Shown here one piece after another: positions 43,135 through 60,500 of a DNA stretch of 64,000 nucleotides (the stretch's first letter is position 1; every line of letters starts with the position of its first letter). The notes under the pieces are model-generated. The model searched no databases, was not told the origin of the DNA, and was given only the letters and a program-made list of their open reading frames with translations. The DNA is from the human T2T-CHM13v2.0 reference genome, Homo sapiens: the NCBI RefSeq assembly GCF_009914755.1, contig NC_060934.1; one strand, written 5' to 3'. A program made the position numbers and the translations under genes.

Positions 43135-44300
43135 ATGAAGTGGCCACAATGACAGAGACATGGAGGCTAGATAAAGTGTCATGGACTAAGATTTAAAATG
43201 GCCAGTCAAGAAACTCTCTCCTCTGGATGTCCTACCTGCCAGCAAGAGAACCTATGCTCTGCTCCTGGGATGATGGTATTCTTTGAAGAGATTCATTTTC
43301 CACTTGGTGGTAAGTTGACTATATTGTTCCCTTCTATTCTGGAAGAGCTGGAGTTTTATCCTCTCAAGAGTGGATATCTAAGGATCGTCTTTCCAACTCG
43401 CAAACCTCAGATAATTATCGATAGAATTTCATATAACACAGCATTTGACCAGGGAACCAACTTTCTAGTCAAGGAGGTGTGGGAGTAGACCACTGACCTT
43501 GGGATCTACCAGTTGTACTGGATACATCATCACTCAGAAGCTTTCATCCTGATAGATTGTTGGAATGGCCTGCTGAAGGCACAGATGAATCACTGTTCAA
43601 GAAAAATACTCTGCAAAGATGGAGTACCATTCTTCAGAAAGTGGTACATGCATTGAAACAGAGAATTTTATGCAATGCTGTGTCCTCAACAGGAACAACA
43701 GATAAGTCAGAGAAACAAGGGGTGGAAGCAGGAGAGGCCCTACATGACACCATTGCTAATGTCTCAGTGGAGGAATTTGTGATTTCTATGTGCAGCTCTG
43801 AGCTTTGCAGAGTTAGAGGCCTCTGTCCCCCAGAAAGATACATGTTCACCAGCAAGGGTACAATTGAACTAAAATTTATGGACGCTGTATGGACCCACTG
43901 GGTTAACTGTGTCCAGAAATCAGCAGGCAAGAAGGGAGTCCTTGTTTTGTAATTGATTCTGATCTGCAAAGTTATCACCTCAACATTGAGGGCAGAAAGA
44001 ATTTAGAATGGATAGTACAGAAGGGAGATGATGAATACCAATTGCAACCTGAATACCACCTCTAGCAATGAAGCCTGTGGTTCATCTCACTCTCTTTCCT
44101 CTCCTAAGTTTCTTCTAAGGAAGAGAGGCTCACTAGAGCCCTGAAGGAGCTGCTCTCTGGACATGTATGGAAAAGTCAAAGTGCAATGCACAAAAGGTGG
44201 ACAATGGTAGACATGGAGGTGTGTCTACAGGAGAATGCCTGTAAAGAGAGGACTTCCCATCCAGTTGAGCAGATGTGGTCTCCTTCAGGATTTGTCTAAG
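43135..44300 (+). pseudogene. ERV-L class (HERV16-like) pol/integrase remnant followed by the start of an LTR16-like LTR
   Basis: Translated fragments CPTCQQ (zinc-finger CxxC), VDYI, AFDQGTNFLVKEVWE (cf. SDQGTHFTAKEV) and WNGLLK; purine tract aaaaggtggac before the LTR-like sequence at ~44205. Confidence 0.75.
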
Positions 44301-44309
44301 CATATATTT

Positions 44310-45320
44310 TAAAATCAGATTTACTAAGGGAAAGTGTCTACATTAAATTCAAATTCTTCCTTCTAAACTTCTAAGAGTTTTGAAAAATGCATGCAGTTGT
44401 GTAGCCGCCAATAAAACCAAGATAAGGAACATTTTTATTACCTCAAGAAGTTATCCTGTGCCCAATAAAATCAATATAAAGAACATTTCTGTCACCTCAT
44501 AGTCAATTTCTCCCCATACCTCCATATCCTGACAATCAGCGATCTGTTTTCTGTAGGTATTTTTGACTTTAAAAAGGGTAATAAATGGAATCACTCTGTA
44601 TATAACCTTTTGAGCTTGTTTTTTTAATCAGGTAGCATAATACATTTGAGATTCATCTATGTCATGTTTATCAGACATAGATGAATCCTTTTTATTAGGC
44701 ATTGTATTCCATTAAATTGATGCATTCCATTATATAATGAACCACTGTTTGTTTGTGCATTTTCCTCTTTAAAGACTTTTGGGCATTTCCTGGTTTTGGT
44801 GATTATGAATGAAGCCACTATAAACCCTTGTTACCAGTTTTTCTATGAATATATGTTTTCATTTCTCTTGGGTAAATATCTAAGGATGAAATTGCAAGGC
44901 TGTTTATCAAATGTGTTTCATTTTAAAAGAAATGGCCAAACCATTTTCTAAAGTGGCTGTGTCATTTTGGATTTCCACTAATGGTGCATATGTGTTCTAG
45001 TTGCTTTATATTCTTCCCAGAATTTGGTATTGTCATTTTCTTTCTGGTAAATATTAGCCATCCTAATGGGTTGTGTAGTGGGATGTTATTGTTGCTTTAA
45101 TTCAAATTTTTCTAATGATGAATAATGTTGAGCATCCTTTCATATTTTCATTTGCCATTTGAATATCTATTTTAGTGACTTATCTGTTTAAATACCTCCT
45201 CCCTTTTTACTGTGCTATTTAATTTCTTACTATTGAGTTTTGAGAGTTCCTTATGTTTTCTAGATTCAGTTCTTTATCAAATCTCTAATTTGCAAGTATT
45301 TTCTCACTGTCTATGTTTTT
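44310..45320 (-). mobile_element. Old L1M (L1ME/MD-type) 3' end
   Basis: tttgagattcatctatgt...tatgttttcatttctcttgggtaaatatctaag...aatgttgagcatcc. Confidence 0.75.
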
Positions 45321-46515
45321 CTTTTTTAATTAATAGAATTTTTTTCAAAGCAGTTTTTAAGTATATAGAAAATTGAGCAAATAATACAAAGAGGTTCCAT
45401 ATACTCCCATCCCACCTCACAGTTTCCCCTGGTATTAGCATCTTGCATTACAGTGATACATCTGTTACAAATGATTAGCCAATATTGATACATTATTCTT
45501 AAATAAAGCCTATGGGTTATATTAGGGTTCACTTTGTGTTGTACATTCTATAGGTTTTGACAAATACGTAATGTCATGCATCCACCATGACAGTGTCATA
45601 CAGGATAGTTTCAGAGTCCTAAAAATTCCCTGTGCTCTACCTATTCATCCCTCTCCCTCTTTTCGACAATCCCTGGTATTTACTGATCTTCTCAGTGCCT
45701 ATAGGTTTTGCCTTTTCCAGAATGCCATATAGTTGGAAATGTATAATATATAGTCTTTTCAGACTGATTCTTTCACTAAGCAATATGCATTTAAGATTCC
45801 TCCATGCCATTTTGTGATTTGATAGTTCATTTTTATTATTGAATCAGATTCTATTGTATGAATGTACAATAGTTTGTTTATCCATTCATGTTTGAAAAAT
45901 ATTAATTTTTAATTACCATGGATATATAATATGTGTATATATCCCATTCATCTTTTTAAGGTCCATTTGATTACTTCTAGATTTTGAAAATTATGAATAA
46001 AGCTACTATAAATGTTCACGTGCAGGTTTTTGTGTGGACATAAGTTTTCAACTCATTAGGGGAAATACCTTGGAGTGCAAAGATTAAATTGTACGGTAAG
46101 TCTTTTAGCTTTGTAAGACACTGCCAAACTGTCTTCCAGTGTGATTATACCATTTTGAATTCCCATCAAATGAATGAGAAGTTTCTGTTCCTATTGCTCC
46201 ACATTGGTACTATCATTTGGTATTGTGTTGGTTTTTTGTTTTTTTTTTTGAATTTTAGCCATCTTAATAGGTGTGTAGTAGTATCTCATTGCAATTACCT
46301 AATCATATAGGATGTTGTACATCTTTTTATATACTTATTTGCCATCTGTATATCATCTTTGTTGAAATGCCTGTTCAGATCATTTGTCAATTTTTAAATT
46401 AGGCAGGAGAGAAAAAAGCCCCTTCCAAGAAGCCCGAATAGGAACTGCAGCTCCCAGCGTGATTGACGCAGGAGACAGTGATTTCTGCATTTCCAGCTGA
46501 GGTACCTGATTCATC

Positions 46516-46842
46516 TCATTGGGACTGGTTGGACAGTGGGTGCAGCCCATGGAGGGCGAGTTGCAGCAGGGCGGGGCATTGCCTCATCTGGGAAGCACAG
46601 GGGTCAGGGGATTTTCCTTTCCTAGCCAAGGGAAGCTGTGACAGACTGTACCTGGAAAATCGGGATACTTCCACCCTAATACTGTGCTTTTCCAACAGTC
46701 TTAGCAAATGGCACACCAGGAGATGATATCCTGCAACTGGCTTGGTGGGTCCCATGCCCATGGAGCCTTGCTCACTGCTAGCGCAGCAGTCTGAGATTAA
46801 CCTGTGAGGCAGCAGCCTGGCAGGGGGAGGGGTATCCGCTAT
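46516..46842 (-). pseudogene. L1 ORF0 homologue with start codon mutated (ATG to ATA)
   Basis: IADTPPPARLLPHRLISDCCASSEQGSMGMGPTKP...EKHSIRVEVSRFSR aligns to recalled L1HS ORF0 MAGAPPPASLPPCSLISDCCASNQRDSVGVGPSEP...EKRNIRVGVTRFSR. Confidence 0.8.
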
Positions 46843-47435
46843 TGCTGAGGCTTGAGTAGGTAAACAAAGTAGCCAAGGAAGCTGAAACTGGGTGGAGCCC
46901 ACCGCAGCTCAGCAAGGCCCTCCGTAGACTCCACCTCTTGGGGAAGGGCATAGCAGAACAAAAGACAGCAGAAACTTCTGCAGACTTAAAAGTCCCTGAT
47001 GACAACCCTGAAGAGAGCAGTGGTTCTCCCAGCACGATGTTTGAGCTCTGAGAATGGACAGACTGTCTCCTCAAGTGGGTATCTGACCCATGTGTAGCCT
47101 AACTGGGAGACACCTCCCAGTAGGGGCCGACTGACACCTCATACGGGCAGGTGACCCTCTGGGACAAAGCTTCCAGAGGAAGGATCAGGCAGCAATATTT
47201 GTTGTTCTGCAATATTTGCTGTTCTGAAGCCTCCGCTAGTGATACCCAAGCAAAAAGGGTCTGGAGTGGACCTCCAGCAAACTCCAAAAGACCTGCAGCT
47301 GAGGGACCAGACTGTTAGAAGGAAAACTAACAAACAGAAAGGAATAGCATCAACATCAATAAAAAGAACATCTATACTAAAACCCCTTCTGTAGGTCAAC
47401 AGCATCAAAGACCAAAGGTAGATATAACCACAAAG

Positions 47436-48460
47436 ATGGGGAGAAACCAGAGCAGAAAAGCTAAAAATTCTAAAAACTAGAGCACCTCTTTGCCTCCAAA
47501 GGATCGCAGCTCCTTGCCAGCAATGGAACAAAGCTGGATGAAGAATGACTTTGATAAGCTGACAGAAGTAGGTTTCAGAAGGTCAGTAATAACAAACTTC
47601 TCCAAACTAAAGGAGGATGTTCAAACCATTGCAACGAAGCTAAAAACCTTGAAAAAAGATTAGACGAATGGCTAACTAGAATAAACAGTGTAGAGAAGAC
47701 CTTAAATGACCTGATGGAGCTGAAAACCATGGCATGAGAACTATGTGACACATGCACAAGCTTCAATGGCTGATTAGATCAAGTGCAAGAAAGGGTGAAT
47801 CGAAGGGTGATTGAAGATCAAATTAATGAAATAAAGCGAGAAGAGAAGTTTACAGAAAAAAGAGTAAAAAGAAACAAACAAAGCCTCCAAGAAATATGGG
47901 ACTATGTGAAAAGACCAAATCTATGTTTGATTGGTATACCTGAAAGAGATGGGGAGAATGGAACCAAGCTGGAAAACACTCTGCAGGATATTATCCAGGG
48001 GAACTTCCCCAACCTAGCAAGGCAGGCAAACAATCAAATTCAGGAAATACAGAGAACACTACAACGATACTCCTCTAGAAGAGCAACTCCAAGACACATA
48101 ATTGTCAGATTCACCCAGATGAAGGAAAAAATGTTAAGGGCAGCCAGAGAGAAAGGTCGGGTTACCCACAAAGGGAAGCCCATCAGACTAACAGTGGATC
48201 TCTCTGCAGAAACTCTACAAGCCAGAAGAGAGTGGGGGCCAATATTCAACATTCTTAAAGAAAAGAATTTTCAACCCAGAATTTCATATCCAGCCAAACT
48301 AAGCTTCACAAGTGAAGGAGAAATAAAATCCTTTACAGACAAGCAAATGCTGAGAGATTTTGTCACCACCAGGCCTGCCTTACAAGAGCTCCTGAATGAA
48401 GCACTAAACATGGAAAGGAACAACTGGTACCAGCCACTGCAAAAACATGCCAAATTGTAA
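47436..48460 (+). pseudogene. L1 ORF1p, disrupted
   Basis: ATG at 47436, stop at codon 15; C-terminal 225 aa open (SLQEIWDYVKRPNL, ARREW, YPAKLSF). Confidence 0.93.
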
Positions 48461-48523
48461 AGACCAATGATGCTAGGAAGAAACTGTATCAACTAACAGG
48501 CAAAATAATCCACGAACATCATA

Positions 48524-52502
<3,979 letters not shown>

Positions 52503-53173
52503 GTCAGGAAACAACAGGTGCTGGAGAGGATGTGGACAAATAGGAACACTTTTACACTGTTGGTGGGACTGTAAACTACTTCAACCATTGTGGAAGTCAG
52601 TGTGGCAATTCCTCAGGGATCTAGAACTAGAAATACCATTTGACCCAGCCATCCCATTACTGGGTATATACCCAAAGGATTCTAAATCATGTTACTGTAA
52701 AGACACACGCATACATATGTTTATTGCGGCACTATTCACAATAGCAAAAACTTGGAACCAACCCAGATGTCCTTCAATGATAGACTGGATTAAGAAAATG
52801 TGGCACATATACGCCATGGAATGCTATGCAGCCATAAAAAGGGATGAGTTAATGTCCTTTGCAGGGACATGGATGAAGCTCAAAACCATCATTCTAAGCA
52901 AAATATCATTAAGGACAGAAAACCAAACACCACACCTTCTCACTCATAGGTGGGAATTGAACAATGAGAACACTTGGACGCAGGGCGGGGAACATCACAC
53001 ACCAGGGCCTGTCGTGGGGTGGGGGGCAGGGGGAGGGATAGCATTAGGAGAAATACCTAATGTAAATGGTGAGTTAATGGGTGCAGCAAACCAACATGGC
53101 ACATGTATACGCATGTAACAAAGCTGCATGTGGTGCACATGTACCCTTGAGCTTATAGTATTAAAAAAAAATT

Positions 53174-53288
53174 AGGCAGGAGAATTGCTTGAACCCAGGA
53201 GGTGTAGGTTGCAGTGAGCCGAGATCGCACTCCAGCCTGGGTGACAGAGTCAGACTCCATCTCAAAAAAAAAAAAAAAAAAAAAAAAA
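53174..53288 (+). mobile_element. 5'-truncated AluS (3' part of right arm)
   Basis: aggcaggagaattgcttgaacccaggagg...gactccatctc followed by a long poly(A). Confidence 0.9.
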
Positions 53289-53316
53289 GGTTGTTTTCTT
53301 AACATTGAGTTTTAAC

Positions 53317-53318
<2 letters not shown>

Positions 53319-53360
<42 letters not shown>
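53319..53360. repeat. (CT)n microsatellite
   Basis: About 21 perfect CT units. Confidence 0.95.
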
Positions 53361-53361
<1 letters not shown>

Positions 53362-53744
53362 GTTTTTCTTTGTATATTTTGGATACAGAATGTTTAAAAA
53401 ATATTTTCAGATGTGTTTTGCAAATATTTTATCCCAGTCAGTGGCTTGCCTTTTCCTTCTAACAGTCTCTCCTGCAAGGCAGAAGTTTTTAATTTTTGCA
53501 AAGTCCATGTTATCTATTTTTTTCTTTCATGGATTATTCTTTTGATGTTTTATCTAAAAACTCACCACCAAACCCAAGTCACCTAGAGTTTTTCCTACAT
53601 TATATTCTGGAAGTTTAAGGTTTTATGTTTTATACTGAGGTCTATGATCCATTTGGAATTAATGTTTGTGAATAAAATAAGTTTAGTGTCTAGATTTATT
53701 TTTTTGCATGTGAATATCCAGTTATTTCAGCACCATTTGTCCTG

Positions 53745-53862
53745 GTACCATCAGTATCTCCAGGGAACTAGTTAGAAATCTGAATTATTGGGTTCTGCCC
53801 CAGACCTGCTGAATCCGTTACTCCAGATGATTCTGATGTATGTACATGTTTGAGAAAACCAT
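53745..53862 (+). mobile_element. MER5A-like (hAT-Charlie) fragment
   Basis: catcagtatctccagggaactagttagaaatctgaattattgggttctgccccagacctgctgaatc...ctccagatgattctgatg. Confidence 0.7.
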
Positions 53863-56256
53863 GGCAGACCCAGCATCTGTTTGCTGTCAGGCCAGCTGGG
53901 TTGTTGTGCCACTGCATGTCCATAAGCATCCGCAGAACCCAGAACACACCTTAAATCTGGCTTCTGTGGACTGAATATAGGGCAGATCCTTTATCATTTT
54001 TCCATTCAATTACCTTCTTTGTCAAAGATCATTTGACTCTATTTGCATGTTTGTGTGTGGGGCAGGGGCAGGAGGTGGGGAGGGCTGTCTCTTCTGTTCC
54101 ATTGATCTATTTGTCTATTATTTCACCAATACCACACTGTCATGATTAATGTAATTTATAGTAAGTTTTGAAGTTGTGTAGCATCAGTCCTTGGCCTTTG
54201 TTCTTTCTCAGCAAGGTGTAGGCTATTCTGGATCTCTTGTTCATATAAATTTTAGAATCACTTTGTTAATATCCACAAAATAATTTGCGGATATTATGAT
54301 TGAGATTGCTTTGAATCTATAGGTCAAGTTGCAAAGAACCGACATCTTAACAAAATAGATTCATCCTATGTGTGAACATAAAATATTTATCATTTATTTA
54401 TATCTTATTTGATTTCTCTCATCCGAGTTTTGTAATTTTGCTTGTATAGATGTTATATATATTTTGGTAGATATATTCCAAAGCACTTCATTTTGTTTGG
54501 TGCTAATATAAATGATATTATGCTTTTAATTTAAAAATTGCTTATTGCTTTTATATAGAAAAGTAATTGACTTTTATAAATTAACCTGCTGCCCAGCAAC
54601 TTTCCTTTAATTACATATTAATTCCAGGAGTTTCTTTTTTTAATTGATTGTTTGAGGAGATTTTTCTACATAAACAATTATGCTACCTGTGAGAAAGACA
54701 ATTTTATTTCTCCCTCCCTAATTTGTAAAAATTTTTTTCTTTTTGATTTTCTTTTCTGGTCATATTGCATTAGCTAGGACTTCCAGTATGATATTCAGTA
54801 GGCGTGGTGAGAAGGAACATCCTTACCTTTTTCCGGATTTTAGTGACAAATTATCTGGTTTGTTACCATTAAGTATGATGTTAGCTGTAGGTTTTTCTTC
54901 TTTATTAAGTTGGGAAGTTCCCCTCTATTCCTAGTTTGCTGAGAATTTTTATTGTGAATGGATGTTAGATTTTGGCAAATGAGTTTTCTGTATCTATTTA
55001 TGTAATCATTAATTTTTCTTCTGTAGCTTGTTGATAAATTCTATTAACTAATAATTGAAATCCTGATCTAGCCTTGAATACTTGAAATAAATTCTACTTG
55101 GTTGTGGTGTATTATTCTCTTTACACCTAGTTAGATTTAATTTGCTAAGATTTTGTTAAGAATTTTTGCGCGTATGTTCATGAAAGACACTGTTCTGCAG
55201 TTTTCCTTTCTTTTAGTGTTCTTATATGGTTTTAGTATTAGGGTAATGCTGGCTTCACTGAATGAGTATTCTTTCTACTTTTGTTTCTGGAAAGGTATTA
55301 TACAGAATTGGTATCATTTTGTCTTCAAATATTTGGGAGAAGTCACCAGTGAAACCATTTAGGCTTAGCACTTTCTATTCTGGAAGGTTATTAATTATTA
55401 AATAAATTTATTTAACAGTCATAGAACTATTCAGATTATCTATTTCTTCTTGTGTGAATTTTGCTAGATTTAAGAAATTGGTCCATTTCATTTATGTTAT
55501 CAGATTTGTGGGCATAGAATTGTTGGTAATATTTCTTTATTATCATTTTGTTGTCCAGTGGAACAATAATGATGACACCTCTTTCATTTATGATATTAGT
55601 AATTTATATCTTTTTTTATTCTTCGTTAGCCTGGCTACAGGTTTATAAATTTTGTTGATATTTTCAAAGAATCAGGTTTTAGTTTTGTTAATTTCTCTAT
55701 ACTTTTGCTGTTTTCAATTTCATTGATTTCTGCTTCTAATTTTTATTATTTCTCCCTGTTTAAAGCTTATATATTTTTTTCTCTAGTTTTCTAAGGTGAA
55801 ATCATAGCTTATTGATTTTAGTTCTTTATTCTTTTCTAATATATGCATTCAATAGTATAAATTTTCCTCTAAGCACTGCTTTCTCTGCTTACATGTTTTG
55901 ATAAGTTGTATTTTCATTTTTATTTAGTTCAAATATTTTTACATTTATTTTGAAACTTCTTCTGTAAGTGTGTTTTATTTAGAAGTTTGTTGTTTAACCT
56001 CCAAGCATTTGGGAATTTCCAGCTATCTTTCTGTTATTGATTTCTAATTTAATTCCATTGTGGTCTGAGTGCATACATCATATGATTTCTCATCTTTTAT
56101 ATTTGTTGTTGCATGTTTTATGGACAATAATGTGGTCAATCTGGTTGAATGGACATTGTGAGCTTGAGAAGAGTATGTACTCTACTGTCGTCAGATGTAG
56201 CATTCTATAAATGTCAGTTAGATCCAGTTGATTGATGGTGCTTTTCAGTTCAACCA

Positions 56257-57901
56257 CAGTTACATGTTCCTTAATGAAGGAGATGCATTCTGAGAAATGC
56301 ATTGTTAGGTGACTTCGTTGTGCAAATATTATAAATATTATAAAGGGTACTTACATAAAGCTGGATAGTGTGGCCTACTACACACTTAGGCTATATAGTA
56401 TAGCCTGTTACTCCTAGGCTACAAAGCTGTATAGCATGTTATTGTACTGAATACTGTAGGAAATTGTAACATAATGGTAAGGATTTGTGTATCTAAACAT
56501 AGAAAAGGTATAGTAATGTACAGTACAATAGACAAAAAATTGTATAGCTGTATAAGTCACTTACCATGTATGAAGCTTGCAGGACTGGAAGTTACTTTGG
56601 GTGAGTCAGTGAATGAGAAGTGAGTGAATATGAATGTCTAGGACGTTGCTGTATGCTACTGTAGATTTTATAAACACTGTACTCAGGCTATAATACATTT
56701 ATAAAAATATTTTTCTGTATTCAATAATAAATTGACTTTAGCTTGCTGTAATTTTTTTACTTTATGAACTTTTAATTTTTTTTTACTTTTTGTCTGTTTT
56801 GTAATAATACTTGGCTAAAGCACAAATGCATTGTACAGCTGTACAAAAATATTTTCTTCCTGATATCCTTATTCTGTATGCCTTTTTCCATTTAACTACT
56901 TTACTTTTTAAACTTTTTTGTTAAAAACGAAGACATAAACACATACATTAGCTTTAATGATAAAAAGTATGGTATAATAAATACATAAACCAGTGACATA
57001 GTCTTTTAATATCATTATCAAGTAATATGTTCTGTACATAATTATATATGCTGTACTTTTATGTGACAAACATGTGAGTTACCAGGTAATAGGAATTTTT
57101 TAGCTCTACTATAGTTTTATGGGATCACCATAACATATGCAATCTAACATTGACCAAAAGGTTGTTATGTGGCTAATGATTGTAACTACAGTTGGCCCTT
57201 CATATCTGTGGGTTCCATATCAGTGGATTCAACCAATTGCGGAGCCAAAATATTCTAAAAATTGGAAAAATAACAATACAACAATAAAAATAATACAAAC
57301 ACAATACAATATAGTATAACAACTATTTACATAGCATTTGCATTTTATTTGGTGTTATAGGTAATCTAGAGATAATTTAAAATACTGTATATGGGAGGAT
57401 GTGTATAGGTTATACACAAATGCTATGCCATTTGAACATCTGCAGAGTTTGGTATCACAGGAGCTCCTGGAACCAATACCCTGTGGATATCAAGGGATAA
57501 CCATATTTATAAAACAGAAAATGGCAGAAATAACAAATAAATTTAAAGGGAGAAATAAAATATAAATATAAAATATAAAAATAAAAAATAAAATATGCAA
57601 TAAAATAATAAAGCTCACATACACAATATTAGAAAAAGGACAAGGAAAGAGAGGCAGAGACTTTAAAAAAAAAACACAGAGAATTGTATTTTTTAAAAGT
57701 TAATGTATGACCAGTAATGTAGTAAGTTTGTCTACACCAGCATCACTACAAACACAAGAGCAATATGCTGCACTATGACGTTAATGACATTATGGCTATG
57801 ACTAGATAATAGGAATTTTTAGATTCATTATAATCTTATTGGACCTCCGTTGTATATCTGGTCTGTCATCGACCAAAACAGCATTATGAGGCTCATGATT
57901 G
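56257..57901 (+). mobile_element. Tigger3b (MER7-type) DNA transposon, composite with two right ends
   Basis: Left end cagttacatgttccttaatgaaggagatgcattctgagaaatgcattgttagg; right-end motifs end at 57182 and 57901, each followed by TA. Confidence 0.82.
57189..57503 (+). mobile_element. MER2 (TcMar-Tigger) MITE
   Basis: TA|cagttggcccttcatatctgtgggttcc...ggaaccaataccctgtggatatcaagggataacca|TA. Confidence 0.85.
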
Positions 57902-58283
57902 TATTTCCTTACTGATTTTTCTAACTACTGATTTCTCAATTAATCATAGAGGTGTGTTGAAGCCAAAAAATATAGTAATATATTTCTCTCTTTTTGTGGT
58001 TCTAGCAATTGTTGCCTTATGTATTTTGACCTGAGTTTTATATCTGGACTCATTATTATGATTCATTGACATGCGTATCTGTTCTTTCACTAATAGAAGC
58101 TGTCTTGGTTACTGTAAGGTCATTGTAAGTCTTAATGTCAGATAGTGTAATTTCACCAACTTTGTTCTTTTTCATAATCAGCTTGACTATTATAGTGCCT
58201 TTGTTTTTCCATATAATAATTAGGTCACTGACTTCTGAAAAAAAATCCTGCTGGAATTTCTTGTGATTGCTTTCAAACCATAG

Positions 58284-58647
<364 letters not shown>

Positions 58648-60373
58648 CATATATTCTCTTATTCACTCATTTACTTAGATCTTTTCAAATTTTCTCATTA
58701 TTGTCTTACAGTGTTCAGCCTACATATTTTGTCCTTATTTAGATTTATACCTAATATTTCATATTTTTGTGTTATTTTCAATGTTATTTCAACTTCCATT
58801 TGTTCATTGCTAGTATATTGAAGTACAATTAATTTTTTTGCATTGTTCTTCTTCCCCATGATCTTGCTAAAGTCACTTTTTATTCCTAGTAGCTATGTTA
58901 TAGATTCTTTTGGATTTTCTATGCAGACAATCATGTCTTCAGCAAATTGAGACTTTTTTTTCCCTTCAGTCTCTATTTTATTATTATTGTTTTTTGCTGT
59001 AATACACTAGACTTTGAAAATACTGTACACTTGGTCTACACTCTTGACCCACTCCCCTACTTTCTCCCATGCAGCAGCTGGAGAGTGTCTTCCTCCCAGG
59101 AGAGGGACTTCCTCCTGCAATGTCCTTCCAGTGCCCTCTACTGAGAAAGCACAACATTGTGCTGAATTTACAGGAAAGATGCTTAAATTAATTCTATTAT
59201 CACAGAACATACATTGAAAATAAATATAGAAATGAGATGTAATAAATTAATAAATGGCACACCTCTTTTGCGATATTAGCATTTAATGCTAAAATTGTTG
59301 CCAAGTACTGCATCTCACAAATTAATGTATGCTGTGTTTTCATTTTCATTCAAGTTATAATATTTTCTAATTTCTCTTTTGACTTGGTCTTTGACCTACG
59401 GGTTATGCAAAAGTGTGTTTTGAAATTTCTCAATATTTGGATATCTCTAGCTATTCTTCTGTTATTGATTTCAAGTTTAATTTTGTTTTTATAAGAGAAT
59501 ATACTTTATATGACATTAATCATTTTAAATTTGTTGAAGTATGTTTTATGACCTGGAGTATGATTTATCATGGTGAATATTCCATGTGCACTTGAGAAAA
59601 ACATGTATCCCGTAGTTGCTCATGAATGATTTCTCTAGATGTCAGTCAGGTCAAGTTAATTTGTAATGTTTTTAAGTCTAATGTATATTCTGATTTTGTT
59701 CTATTGATTACTAAGAGAAGATTTTGATGTCTGCCACTAAAATTGTGGATTTTAAAATTTAGCCTTTAGTCCCATCAATTCTTGCTTTCCTTATTTTGAT
59801 ACTCTGTTTTTAGTTGCATAGACATTTAAGATTGTTCTGTTCTCTTTGTGATTGATCCCTTTCTTATTATGAAATGCTCCTCTTTATTCCTGGTAATATT
59901 CCTTGTTCTTAAGTTTATGTTACCTGTTAGGAATATGGCTTATCCATCCTTCTTTTGATTAATATTTTGATGGAAGTGTAAACAGTTCAGTTATATTTAG
60001 GAATTGGGGTATGTTTGACTTGTTCTGTTTACCTTCAATGTACCACTGTCTTGAAGTTATTTTGATATTATTTTGTGCATAGAGTGGAAACTGGGGTACT
60101 AGAAAAATATTATCATTGTTCCAGCTTTGCCTTTAGTTTTAGACCTTTCCTATGCATCTGTGCACAGAGGGGATCTCTCTGTGCCCTCTACCATACCCCT
60201 CTAGTAAATTCTTACTGCTTTTTACTCTTTTGTTGCTTGACTGGTTTTACAAGTGTACTTTTTAATTTTCAAGTGTTTGGAGAATTTTCCCTGTTTTGAC
60301 TTCTACTTTAATTACATTATAATAAGATAATATACTTTGTATGATTCTTTTTCTTTTAAATTCGTTAAGGTTT

Positions 60374-60500
60374 GGCCAGGTGTGGTGGCTTATTCCTGTA
60401 ATCCCAGCAGTTTGGGAGGCTGAAGCGGGAGGATCGCTTGGGCCCTAGAGATCAAGACCAGCCTAGGCAACATAGCTAGACCACCATCTCTTAAAAAAAT
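60374..60500 (+). mobile_element. FLAM_C / Alu left monomer
   Basis: Single monomer with ggaggatcgcttg; flanks gttaaggttt / gttaagattt. Confidence 0.85.
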
